Both the position numbers and the translations under genes were made by a program. Shown here piece by piece: positions 39,034-50,350 of a DNA stretch of 64,000 nt. The DNA comes from a virus: positions 29,825-93,824 of IMG/VR virus record IMGVR_UViG_3300025941_000001. The stretch is one strand, 5' to 3'. Numbering within the stretch: the stretch's first letter is position 1; each line of letters starts with the position of its first letter. The notes under the pieces were generated by a model. That model was not told the DNA's origin. It searched no databases and saw only the letters and a list, made by a program, of their open reading frames with translations.

Positions 39034-42000
39034 ATGCACCCATATCGCGGAGCCCATCGCAGACTTGACCGGCTGGCCATCGGTGAAAGCTCCCTGCTCA
39101 GGACCCCGGCCGGGATGAGCTTGCAAGATCATCGGCGGAGTGTTACGAACGCGGTGAACCATCTCAACCGATCACGCGACCGGCCGGGACGGCTCAAGGT
39201 CAGGGCTGAATTGCACGGTGTCCGCGTCACGAGGGTCCAACCCATGACGATGGACGAGGCGGTTTCCGCGCTCGACCGTCTCGTGCCACTCAAGATTTAG
39301 ATCAATGCCGCGCATCGGCCGCCGCCCCGGGGAGAAACCAATGGCTTCGTTACTGTCCACCATGACCACGGTGATCGGCCGTTTGCCGGAGAGGGTCAAA
39401 GTCGAAATTTATAGGATGGCGAACGCGGCCCCTGAGCGCGGCATGTCCGTGATCGTGGACGGCGTCAGCAATTACGAGGCGCGGAGCATCATCGACCACG
39501 TGATCAGGTTGGAGCAAGCGCGCGGCGAGCGCGAGGTGTTGACACCAACGAAATATGGAAATAGGTTCTCCGGCCTCGACCTCGACGGCGACAGCAAATG
39601 AGCCTCTTTCGCAGCAAATCAAAATCAGGGCCACGGCTCGTTGCCATCACGGTCAACAAGTACGCGACGCCCACGCTTGAGAACGCGGCATGCCCGTTCT
39701 CGGTCGGCGTGATGAACCTGACCCAAGCCGAGGCTGACAAGCTGTCTGAGTACGCGGTGCAGCTACAGTGTGATCGGTCGATCACGGCGACCGAGATGCG
39801 CGAGCGCGAGAAGAACGTTATGATCGGCAACAGCCCGGCCTATTCGAACATGGTCAGCGATGTCGAAGCCAATCTCAAGCGCGAGATCGAACGCGTGAAA
39901 GCTGAGCGAGCACTAAAGCGCGCGGAGCGCAACGCGTATGGTGATGCTCCCGGCTTCGCCAACGGCGGCGAGGTGCCGAACGCGTTCAACGATAAGATGG
40001 AGGCCATCGGTCGCGCGTTGAAGGAAGGCATGATCAGCGCGGACGCGGCGATGGCGGCGATGAAAGAGTTTGGCCAAGTCGTCGGTGACGGCGGCTATGA
40101 CTACGGCGGCGACCCGGATGGGCTCAAGTTTCCCACGAACGAGAGCGTCTATGCGGCTGCCGGTGAGAGGTTGCGCCGTGAAGCGCTCGCTGATATAGAG
40201 CGCGCGGACGCACGCAAGCAGAAAGCGATTGAAGACGCGAAGCCGAGGAACAGGTTCTCAGGATTGGACATCGAATGAGCAAGCGCATCAGAAGCAAAAG
40301 CAAATACCGCACGGCGCGTCGGCGTAGCGAACGGCGCGTCAACTTCGACATCGAGACGAGGGGCGTAATGGGCGACAGCCACATCGGTCGGCTGGATCAA
40401 TTGCTGACCTACGCGGTCGCGGCCGGGATGACAGCGGGCGACGAGGTCGTGATCGTGCACATGGGCGATCACATCAACGATTGTCGTCTCAAGCCGCACC
40501 ACCTCCCCATGGACGAGGCCCACATCAAGCGATGCAACCAAGAGATCGCGCGCATGTTCGCACCTCGCATGGACTGGCCGTCTATCCGTGATGAGCGGCG
40601 AGACCCGGCGACCGGGCGCATCATGCCCGTTCGCGTTAACGATGAGGACGAGTGATGCGCGAGTTCGTGCTCGGAATGCTTTTTGCGCTTGCCATCATCG
40701 GTTGGATGGTCTATGTGGACCCACTCATCAGCGCGCACGTATGGTGCGCGGTGAGCCAAAGCGAACGGTGTTTTCGATGAGCAAGCAGCGAACAGAATAC
40801 CGCGATGATGCCACTGACAAGCTTGTCGCTCTCGTGCGCGAACACGTGCAAGGCCATCATATGGGCGAGCTTGTCTTCCTGCCCCAGTGCGGACGGTGTT
40901 ACGTCACGGCGGTCGAGCCCGCATCGATTGAGCGGATCAACAACAACGCCGAGGACTGCATAGCGGTCCACGTGATCAGGGTGCGAGCATGAGCGAGCAG
41001 TGGGGAACGATCAGCGCGACCAAGTACGGCGAGACGGTTGACTTTCCGCTCTACCCGGGGCAGAACTCATTCGGCGAGGCCGACGTGTTCGTTGCGAATT
41101 GCAAGGCCACGATGCGTCGCGAGTTCATGGCGCTGCGCGGCTATCCGCTCTACGCCGTCCAGCAATGGCTTGTTGATCGCGGCTATACATACGAGGTGAA
41201 GTGATGAAACTTACAAACCCTGTTCGGTTTGCCTGCATCGTCGGTGGCGCTCTCATCAGCTTCATGATATCGACTGAGGTCGGTTGGGCATTCCTCGCTG
41301 GCGCTACGGTGGCCAGCTTTAGTGTGGAGTTTAGGTAACATGGCGAAGTGCATTCAACTCGTCGGTCAGGGCGTCCCGGTTCGTATGAGCGATGAGGACG
41401 CGTTCCAAGTGGTCGAGCGTGACCACGATGGGCAGTATTGCCCCAAGCGCGTGTGGAAAGAAGAGCGCGCATCCGAGTATCGTGTGAAGGAAGGCGACAA
41501 CTGCCTAGCGAAGCTCGTGGGCGACAGGATCACGAGCGCGACGACGCTGGCGCGGAGCGATCAACATGCGCGTAGACGTTAAGGCACTGCGCCTCCAAGC
41601 GTGGCGCGCGGAAGAGTTCTACGCGGAGTTCATTCGCTACGCGAAGAGCATCGGCTGTCGCGTCAACGGTGAAGAGATCATCAGCGACGATGATCAGGCG
41701 CAGAAGCTCGCCAATTGGTGGAAGGACAGAACATGACGTTCATCGCAGAGGGCGGCGGTCGCACGGTGACCAACGGCTCGGTCTATGACGCGCGCAAAGT
41801 GTATCAGGTCGTGGCCAATGTGGTGCTCGACGAGGTCCGGAGCGTCTACGGTACGGGCGAGGTCGAGAAGACAGTCAAGCAAGTGACCGAGCAGCGCGTG
41901 TATCACTTCATTGCCGCGAACGAGGCATTGGCCCGGGTACTCTACGACGAGAAGTTCGCCAGCCCGTCGTGGCGGCACACGCTCATCAGTATCACGCCGC

Positions 42001-43610
42001 TGTTCTGTATCGACGGCGAGATCAATTGGGGACACAAGTGATATGAGCACGAACATCCACGTTAACTCCATCACTGCTACCATCACGGATACCGGCTACC
42101 CTGTCTGGGTCAATCTCACGCACGAGACGGCGGGCTGCTCGCACTTCTTTGGCACGATGAGCCATCGAGAGCTTGTCGATCTCAAGTTCGCAGTCGAGCG
42201 CTCAATCGCGGCTGCACGCGAGGCGTTGCCCGAGGGTCACAAACACGAGGTTGATTGACATGCGCGAAGTGAACATGGGCGACGGAAAGATACTGCACAT
42301 GCCTGACACTGAGCAGCGCGAGGCGACGCCGATCTTCGTCCCGTATTGTCGTTGCCACGTGCGATTGGGTAACGACTACTACTTCTTGCCTCGCAACTCT
42401 TGCCTGTTCGGCACATGCGACAATCCCGAAGGTCGGCAGCCATGATCCTGCGCATCATATTCATAACCGTCTTCATCCTTGGCATCGGTGGGCTCGAAGC
42501 TCAGCTTCGAAACATCCACGAGGACCTCGTGCGATTGGAGCAACGGCGATGAACCTGTCCAGCGCAGAACTGATGGTCGAGTACCGTGCGAAGCTCAAGA
42601 CGCTGCGCAAGGCGCGCGAGGCATGCGACCCCGGGCACAACACGGTCAGCGTCAAGACGTGGTATCACGGCGAAGAGTTCGATCTCGCTGCGTTGCTATC
42701 AAAGGCGAGCGTGCGCGCTCAGCTTGCCATCATGCTCGACCGTGAGATCGCCGCGCTCACGCGAGATATCGAAGCGCACGGCGTCAACGTGGATGAATGA
42801 TCATGGGCGTGCAGGATGACTACAACGAGGCGTGGGAGGCTGGCGAGCGCGCCGGTCGGCGTGACGAGATCGAACGGTGCGCGATGCTGTGCACGATGCG
42901 CGGCGACATCAGCCGGGAGACGGCGAAGCGTCTGCGCGCCGAGGGCTCGTACACCACGCGCGCCATCTGGCCCCCGTTCAAGAAGTCAACCCACGTGCAT
43001 CCGAAGTGGGAGAAGAACGCGGAATGGTTTGATCTCGTCGCCAAGGCGTTCGATACTCTGGCGCGCGGCGTTCGTCTGGGATGGGACCCGCGCAAGCTGG
43101 AGCCCAAGACCGACGAGGTCGTCGATCTCCAAGTGTTCATCCCGTGTCAGCACTGCATCGAGCCGATGGACTGTGCATCGGTGCAGACGTGCGAGCACGG
43201 TGTCCCTGACCGTATGGTGACGCATGTCCGCACCAAGACAAAGTGAAGCCGCCCGGCTTCTCACGATCTCGCCTAGCCTGCCTGACCGCAACGTGGCTGC
43301 GATGATCGCGGCCATGATGCTTGAGATTGACCGTCAGCCCTATTGGTTCTCAATCAACCATGACACTCGCCCGCCCGCGTGCCGAGCCTGTCGGCTCGAC
43401 TACGATTGGAATTTGAAGGGTCGCGTCGGCATAAAGACGATGGACCGAGAACGAGCCCGGCGATGGATCACGCATGCGCTGTTGCTCCAGTATCAGGTAT
43501 CGCGTGAAGGCGGAAAGCCATTGACATCGTCGCTGGAGATTGCTAGACGGCGAGCAGCCAACCATCAACGTCCCCCATCGGAGAACACGGATGACGATAT
43601 TCCCTTCTGA
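39034..43610 (+). other. Rightward run of about 17 small hypothetical genes
   Basis: Coupled ORFs including 39034-39300, 39305-39601, 39598-40278, 40275-40655, 40989-41204, 42549-42800, 42797-43246, 43224-43610. Confidence 0.6.
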
Positions 43611-44286
43611 CGGTCGCCCGCCCCGCGTTGATCGAACCGATCTCTCGCCCAACGCGAAGCGCGTGGAGGTGTCGGACCCGACCCTCGCTGCGTTCCACGC
43701 GCCGAGAGACGAGCCTGTGCCGACGTATGACCACGTGATGATCGACATCGAGACTTTGTCCCTGTCGAAGCATAACGCGCTGATCCTGTCGGTTGGCATG
43801 GTCGAGTTCACGCCCGAACCACTGGAAGCGCCGAGATTTGGAAACCGCGCGCTCATCATCCCCAACATCGAGCAGCAACTATTGCTCGGTCGCGAGGTCA
43901 GCAAGGGCACGCAAAAGTTCTGGCGTGAGCAGAAGCCCGAGGCCTCGGCGCACTGGGCAGTCTATGGCGGCGAGCGTGCGTCCATCCGAACGATGTGCAA
44001 GCTAATCAAGACGTTCTGCGCGAACTCGTCGCGCGTGTGGGCCAACGGCACGCAATTCGATCTGACCAATCTCGAAGTGATCAACGAGCAACTCGGCGCT
44101 GAGAGCGTCGGCGATCTCTGGCACTATCAGGCCCCGCGTGACATGCGGACCTTCTGTCGCGAGAACCCAACAACCCGGCTCGTCCCTATCGGGGACGCGC
44201 TCGACATTCCGGGAGTACCTCATGAGCCAGTCTACGACTGCATCTCCCAAGCGTGGAAAGTCTGGAGCCACTGGCCCCAAGCCTAA
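43591..44286 (+). CDS. DEDDh 3'-5' exonuclease (ExoVIII N-terminal/RNase AS-like)
   Basis: HVMIDIETL, ILSVG, VWANGTQFD, RDMRT, HEPVYDC motifs. Confidence 0.85.
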   Translation: MTIFPSDGRPPRVDRTDLSPNAKRVEVSDPTLAAFHAPRDEPVPTYDHVMIDIETLSLSKHNALILSVGMVEFTPEPLEAPRFGNRALIIPNIEQQLLLGREVSKGTQKFWREQKPEASAHWAVYGGERASIRTMCKLIKTFCANSSRVWANGTQFDLTNLEVINEQLGAESVGDLWHYQAPRDMRTFCRENPTTRLVPIGDALDIPGVPHEPVYDCISQAWKVWSHWPQA

Positions 44287-44460
44287 ACTCTTGACCGGCG
44301 CGGACCGAAGGAAGTTCTTCGATCTCATCGACAAGACTAGCTCGCGCTACAACGGCGAGCGTGTGGTGGCTCGGCTCCAGTTGAACGCGTTCGTCATCAA
44401 GAAGGGCGAGGACATCTGCAAAGCCACGTACCTCGACGAAAAGGACAAGAGGAAACGCAA

Positions 44461-46248
44461 ATGACCACGTTCCGTGAGAAGTCAGATATCGGCAGCGTGA
44501 AGATCAGCCTAGGCCCGGTGTTCTCTGTCAATCCGCAGTGCGTGGAAAGGATCGTGACATTGCCCGAGAGCATCGGCGACCCCACATGGATCAATGTCCA
44601 TTGCTATGGTGACATCGTGCTCCAAACTGAGCTTGAGAGCCCGCAGACGTGCAAGGACCTCGTCGCGGAGTTCATCGCAGCCAACCCGGCTATCCGAGTT
44701 GAAGAGTTCAAATAGATGACCCGCGTTCCCGCCAAGGACTTCGAGCCCGCTCGGCTCATACAGGACTACATCGACGAAGAGCGAGCCCGATGCGCTGCTC
44801 TCGTGCGAGCGTATCGCCCTTGGCATAGCCGCGAGTTCCTGTCATACTGCATCGAGAACTCGGTGCAGCTTGCCGACCGCGACGCGGCCCGGAAACGGTT
44901 CGATGAGTTGAAGACCGACGATGACGACGACATAGAGGACCTAATGTGATGCGTGGACATGGCCCAGTGACGACCAACGAACGACAGGCGGCCCGGCCGG
45001 AATGGCTTGAGCCTATCCGTGATGGGATGAACAAGCACCGCCGGTTCATCTGGATCAAACGGGGAGGCACGGCGAGTTCCTCGGGCTCCGGCCCGCAGGG
45101 GCGCAAAGCCACTCGCCGAGCCCTTCTATCGCGTGCCATGGCCGAGCGCGCCGGAGTGGCGCAGGCCGTCACCGCGCGACAGGCGGCCCGCGTGGCCGAG
45201 AAGGCGAGGCCTCTGGCGATCATCTGGCCGGACCGGGCGAAGGAGGGCTGGCCCCATGCGTAAGTTAAGCGAACCGACGCTGCAATGGTTCGAAAGCTAC
45301 GAGGTCCGCGAGGGCAAGGACGGCAAGCCGGGCATCTATATCCGGGACTACAACTGCCGACTGGCCACATTCAACGCCAACACGGCGGCGCTCCAGACGC
45401 GGCTCAAGCTTCTCTTCGAGCGTGCCAATGCGCCCAAGATCAAACCGAAACGCAAACGCAAGCCGCCCCCGATCAATGAGGCGTGGGGACCCGGCTCGGG
45501 GAATTGGTGATCCATGGCAGACGTGATTGAGATGACAGGTCGTCAGCGGCGCATGATCCGCAAGGCGACCGAGGACTACGTCGCCACTCGTGAAGAGCGC
45601 GAGCGGCTGATGCGCGCCATCATCGAATTGTATTGGGCGCATCGCGATGGCAAATAGCAGCGTCATTTGGTGCGACCGAGGTTGGATGCCGTATCACTAC
45701 GGCTTCTGTCCCAACAAGCGTTCGTGGGACGACGAGATGAAGCGTCTCGCCATCCCCGAGCGGGTGCCGTATCCCGAACTCTACGACGGCCGGTGCACGC
45801 ACTTCACCAACACTCATGATCACAACGCGTGCTCTATCGTGACGATCAGGCCCGGCAATAAATCCGCGCTCGAAGTGATCAGCATGTTGACGCACGAGGC
45901 CGTGCACGTTTGGCAGGCGATGCGCGATGCCATCGGCGAGACGCATCCGTCGAGCGAGTTCGAAGCGTATTCCATCCAAGCCATCTCGAAGAACCTGATC
46001 AAGGCCTACGAACAGGGCCGGTGCAAATTGGTTTTGAGAGGCAAGAAAGGTCGGGGTTTCTGATGTCTGCGCCATCCTCTCTTGAGTGTCAGTGCCCGAT
46101 CTCCTACACAGTGAAGTCGCTCCCGGATGGACGCCGGGTCGCTCAGTGGGATCAAGAGCCGCCGAGCCTGATGCAGATGTGCTTTGGCCGGTGCCAGCGC
46201 TGCGGCCTCCCCTATCATACCGAGTTCTCGACCGACGAGCCCGTGTGA
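44461..46248 (+). other. Small hypothetical genes
   Basis: 44461-44715, 44716-44949, 44946-45263, 45647-46063 (HEAVH zincin-like motif). Confidence 0.55.
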
Positions 46249-46610
46249 TGTATCGCATCTGGCTTGATACCGCGTGCACGGTTTGCGCGCTCGTGTCCTA
46301 TGAGGACTACGAGTGGGCGCTCCAGTGGAAATGGCAAATCACGTGGGACCGGCACAAACGTAAGGCCTACGCCACGCGCTCGGCGAGCACGCACGGCGGG
46401 CGTCGGATCAAATACTATCTGCACAAGGAAGTGCTCAAGCGGTCGATGAAGCTCCCGCCCTCGGCCAAGCATACCATGGGCGACCACGGCGACGGTAACA
46501 GCCTGAATTGTGAGCGGTGGAACCTTGACTGGGCGACGCCCTCCCAGAACCGCAGAACAGCCCGCCCATGCGCCCGGCCGGAGCCGGTCCCGGAAGACAT
46601 CCCCTTTTAA
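46248..46610 (+). CDS. HNH endonuclease-like protein
   Basis: ALVSYEDY...YLHKEV...DHGDGNSLNCERWNL...TPSQN; ends EDIPF. Confidence 0.75.
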   Translation: MYRIWLDTACTVCALVSYEDYEWALQWKWQITWDRHKRKAYATRSASTHGGRRIKYYLHKEVLKRSMKLPPSAKHTMGDHGDGNSLNCERWNLDWATPSQNRRTARPCARPEPVPEDIPF

Positions 46611-46645
46611 GCAAATCGCCCAGCGCTTGCGCGCCGGGCGAGATG
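46611..46645. terminator. Hairpin between the convergent HNH gene and tmRNA
   Basis: TCGCCCAGCGC/GCGCCGGGCGA stem. Confidence 0.55.
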
Positions 46646-46985
46646 AGGCCGTTCTGTTGCGAGGTGGCCCGGACCCCAGCCGGTTACGCCGCGAGGCGCA
46701 TTTCGACAGGGAAATTGTCGTTGTTTGCGACAGTTTCAGGGTGACCCGATAACGGCGGTATCATGCCGAGTTCACTCTACGACTTCCATTGGCGTCCATC
46801 GAGCCTATTTCGGCCCCATCAGAGACAGCGCGAGACCCTTCGTAGAGGCGTCGCGACTTGAGCGCACGGTATCCATACCGCTTCGCGCTGTCCGTGGTGG
46901 AGCCGCCGGGTACTGCCCCCGGGTCTGACCGCCTGACATCGTAACATTCAGAACCATCGCTCGCACTGGTCAACCACACGCTACC
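46646..46985 (-). ncRNA. ssrA: Permuted two-piece tmRNA (alphaproteobacterial type), tag ANNDNFPVEMRLAA*
   Basis: Acceptor piece ends GACCCGGGGGCAGTACCCGGCGGCTCCACCA (CCA end at 46895), then a 77-nt intervening segment. Coding piece starts GGGGCCGAAATAGG at 46817; tag frame 46728-46684. Outer ends are approximate. Confidence 0.92.
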
Positions 46986-47079
46986 CATCCTGTCCGCGTC
47001 GGCTCTGTGAACCGTCATTGACAGGCCAAAGCCTTGTCCGTTGCGTGCGAGCGTGACGAGAATAGCGCGTCTAATCTCG

Positions 47080-49428
47080 TCATGTCAAGGTGGGATCAGT
47101 AAATTCCTCTGACGCGTCGCCGCCGTCATCGTCTGGGATGATCGCTTCGAGCGGCTGATTTTTCCCGGCTTTGATCTTGTCGTCTTCATAGATTTTGCCT
47201 GCGCTCGCGCGTGGCATCGCCGTGAGGATGCCGCCGGAGCCGTTAATCGCTATGAGACGGGGACGCTTGCCGCTCGGCGTCAGACATTGTCCGAGGTCGG
47301 AACCGGATAGCTCAGTGAGCAAAAATTTCTTGATGGTGCTGTGAAGCCGGAAGCCCTTGGTCTCCAGCCTCTTCGGCAACATCAGGATCACGTCTTCGAC
47401 CGTGACGGCGCGAGCCGACAATGGCCACTCGCCGCGATTGTCATTGAGCCAATGCTCAAGATCGCCCATAGCCGCCCGCTTCATCCCGGCCTTCGCTTCG
47501 GTGCGAGGTGCCGGTTGCTGGCCGCTGTAGCCCGCGAGATCGCGATTGAGCAGCGAGTACATCACTGCGCCCATCGCGGCCGGGTCATCAAGTTTGGCGA
47601 ACAGCCGGTCGAAGTATCCACTGGCCGACTTGGCTCGCGCCTCTTCCTCGGTGCGGTCGGTGCGGATCACGAGGTATCGGCGGTCGGTGTTGTCGAGGTC
47701 GAGCGCGGCGTCGTCATTGGTGAATGCGAGCACGCCGAAACAGCTATCGACCATCATGCTGTCGATGCCTTTCTTCTCGACGTTGATGCGGTCCTCGGTG
47801 ATGATGTCGTGCAACGCCTCCTTGACCGCGCGCTTATCAGAGGCGCGCAACTCTTCGATCACGATGAGCTTGCACTGGAGCGCCCACGCATTGAACCGGC
47901 CCGAGAGGCCGTTCTGCGGAACGATGGAGACGTTCGCCGGATGCAGGATGCGCGACAGCACTCGACCGATGAAGCTCTTGCCCGTGCCGTTGACCTCGCC
48001 TTGGATAATCAGTGCGTGCTTCGGTTTCTTTTCGAGGTTCTGCAACAGCCAAGCCATCCAATTCAACAAATGGTTTCGGTAGGTCTCGTCAGGGAAAAGG
48101 TATTCGAGATGCTCATTCCACCACGTCAAGTCGCCTTCGGCAGCTTCGATGTCCGGCTGGCGATACAGATTGAAGGTCTGGCCGAACTCAAGCGACTGCG
48201 GCTGACCGGGCTTGAACCCGACGCGCAAGAACTGTTGAAGCCCGCCCTTCTTTTCGCGGAAGAGCTTGTCCGAGCCGCTGCCTGTCTTCGGCGCGAGGAT
48301 GCTGTTGAACGCGCTGTCGAACGACTTCACGTCCCAGACATCCCGGTCATTGTTATTGAGCGGGTCAGTTTTGCAGATGAACCGCTTCATGTTGATGATC
48401 CAAACCCACTGATCAATGATCTCGTTTTTGGTCTTCGGCCGACCCGGGTCGTCACCGCGCGACTTATCACGGGCACGAGCGGCGTCGCGCTCTTTCTTCT
48501 GCGCCTTGATCTTCTTTTTGCTGCCCATCGGCGTGATCGGTGGCGGGGGATCATCAGAGAAGTCAGCCTCGGCGGTTTTGCCGCCGACCTTCGAGAGGTT
48601 CGCGTAGGTGTAGGCTCCGGCCATCTTCTTTTCGAGGTCTTCCATGTCCCACGGCGGTTCGCATCGCGGGTTGAAATACTCGTTGAGAAGCTGTGCACCA
48701 AGCTGTTGCGAGATGCCGAGGTCCTTCAAGTAGTACGCGGCCTTGAGCAGCGCGAAGTCTCCGCCCGAGCCCTGAATTGAAGGCTCGGCATCGCTCTTCA
48801 AGAAGTCAATCGCGGTGTCGATGTTCGCTTGCTTGTCGAGTTCGACCACGACCTCGCCCGCGTCCGTGATGCGGGACTTGGTCTTCGCTGTTTTGATCGT
48901 GTCGTAAATCCATTCGGGGCAGCGAACCGCCTCGGCGTTGTTGCCGACGTAACTCGTGCCATCATCGAACGTGCAGCCGGGGATGAGCGTATAGTTCGGA
49001 CTGTCGATGTCTTTGCCGATGCCGTTCTCGCCCAGAGCCATGATGTGCTCGGGATGCGTGTCGTCGGCCCAACCTTCGTAGACCATGTGGAAGCCGCCGG
49101 ACGGCGTCGTGGTGCGCTCGGTCTCCGGCCAACCGTACATCAAGTCCAAATCATCATACGTGATCTGCCCGGTCTTGCCTTTGGCTGCGTTCGTGTCTAC
49201 GTCGGCGACGAGCAATTTGGATTTGCGATGCGCGACGCCCCAGTTACAGCCGGGCCACTGAGCCTCCCACGCGCGCAACTGCTCGGGGTCGTTGCTTGCG
49301 TCCTCAAGATTGTTCTTGATGGTCGGCGGAAACTTCGCGCCCGGCTTGATTGGAAACAAAAACCGACGCTGAAAATGTCGGTCAATGTAGTCCACGGCAA
49401 GGCTGAGAGTGCGTTGTCGAACTGGCAT
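47080..49428 (-). CDS. Bifunctional primase-polymerase fused to a DUF5906-type NTPase/helicase
   Basis: N-terminal LFPIKPGAKFP...NWGV...ADVD...TPSGGFH; Walker A GEVNGTGKS; IVIEE; DRRY. Start taken at MPVRQ (49428). Confidence 0.88.
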   Translation of the reverse strand: MPVRQRTLSLAVDYIDRHFQRRFLFPIKPGAKFPPTIKNNLEDASNDPEQLRAWEAQWPGCNWGVAHRKSKLLVADVDTNAAKGKTGQITYDDLDLMYGWPETERTTTPSGGFHMVYEGWADDTHPEHIMALGENGIGKDIDSPNYTLIPGCTFDDGTSYVGNNAEAVRCPEWIYDTIKTAKTKSRITDAGEVVVELDKQANIDTAIDFLKSDAEPSIQGSGGDFALLKAAYYLKDLGISQQLGAQLLNEYFNPRCEPPWDMEDLEKKMAGAYTYANLSKVGGKTAEADFSDDPPPPITPMGSKKKIKAQKKERDAARARDKSRGDDPGRPKTKNEIIDQWVWIINMKRFICKTDPLNNNDRDVWDVKSFDSAFNSILAPKTGSGSDKLFREKKGGLQQFLRVGFKPGQPQSLEFGQTFNLYRQPDIEAAEGDLTWWNEHLEYLFPDETYRNHLLNWMAWLLQNLEKKPKHALIIQGEVNGTGKSFIGRVLSRILHPANVSIVPQNGLSGRFNAWALQCKLIVIEELRASDKRAVKEALHDIITEDRINVEKKGIDSMMVDSCFGVLAFTNDDAALDLDNTDRRYLVIRTDRTEEEARAKSASGYFDRLFAKLDDPAAMGAVMYSLLNRDLAGYSGQQPAPRTEAKAGMKRAAMGDLEHWLNDNRGEWPLSARAVTVEDVILMLPKRLETKGFRLHSTIKKFLLTELSGSDLGQCLTPSGKRPRLIAINGSGGILTAMPRASAGKIYEDDKIKAGKNQPLEAIIPDDDGGDASEEFTDPTLT

Positions 49429-49625
49429 GTGGACCTTTCCGGGGCGGGGCGATGTGCGTCCTAGCACAATTTCGTTAACCAATGCAAGCCCTTTGAGGCC
49501 TCTTGACAATCGGGTACTAGATGCGGTAGGCCTCGACTTCGACTGTCGTCTAGGAGTAGGACACTCTGGCACCCCCAGAGAGACGGGAGGCGCGACCACT
49601 TCCCCGGTTGATCCAAGGGTTCTCG

Positions 49626-50216
49626 ATGTATCTCGATATCATCAACTCAAAAGAGGCGAACGAGATCATCAACGGCAAGCACTATCTCGGCCGTGTCGTT
49701 TATCAGCCATCGTTCTGTTTCGCCACTGCCGAGCGCGATGCTGTTGCGATCTATTCGCCGCCGGTCGCAGCCCACTTCAAGAACGTGCTGACGAAACCGC
49801 TAGAACTTGTGCGTCTGTGGCAGAGTGATGATCAGTCGCGCAAGGTTGGCGCTGTGCTCGCGACTTCGATGCGCGCAGTCCGCAAGCTCTCGCCTGAGAG
49901 CGATTGCATTTTCAGCTACGCCGACCCCGGCGCTATCAACCCTCGCACTGGCGAGCCTCACACTGGCGTCGTCTACAGGGCTACCGGATGGACGTATCTT
50001 GGCACGTCGCGCGTGACTGACTATTGGCTCGACGAGTTCAATGAAGCTGTATCTTCGCCGGTCATGTATCGCCGACACAAGACGAAGAGCCGCGTGAAGC
50101 TGACCGCGATGGGCTATCGCCTCGTCGAGAAGCCGCCAAAGCACCTCTACGTTTACGGGCTGCGGAAGACGCCTGCCGAGGTGCGGTCGATCATCGGCGG
50201 ACAGTACGAGAGTTGA
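49626..50216 (+). CDS. Mom-family (GNAT) adenine-modification protein
   Basis: KHYLGR...LELVRLW...FSYADP...HTGVVYRATGWTYLG...KHLYVYGL. Confidence 0.8.
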   Translation: MYLDIINSKEANEIINGKHYLGRVVYQPSFCFATAERDAVAIYSPPVAAHFKNVLTKPLELVRLWQSDDQSRKVGAVLATSMRAVRKLSPESDCIFSYADPGAINPRTGEPHTGVVYRATGWTYLGTSRVTDYWLDEFNEAVSSPVMYRRHKTKSRVKLTAMGYRLVEKPPKHLYVYGLRKTPAEVRSIIGGQYES

Positions 50217-50350
50217 CCCAGCCGATTTTTCTGCTTGACACGATAGTCGGCTTGTGGTTTTTCGCGTCTGTCTCCATCGCCTCGAAGGCACCGGAGACAG
50301 CAACGAGCAACGCCCGTGGGGCACCGCTCAGCGATGAAGGGTTACACAAA

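Noticed and set aside
46895-46925. tmRNA or tRNA 3' end as a prophage attachment site
   Set aside because: No duplicate copy was noticed, no integrase or host genes are in the window, and both flanks are phage-like.
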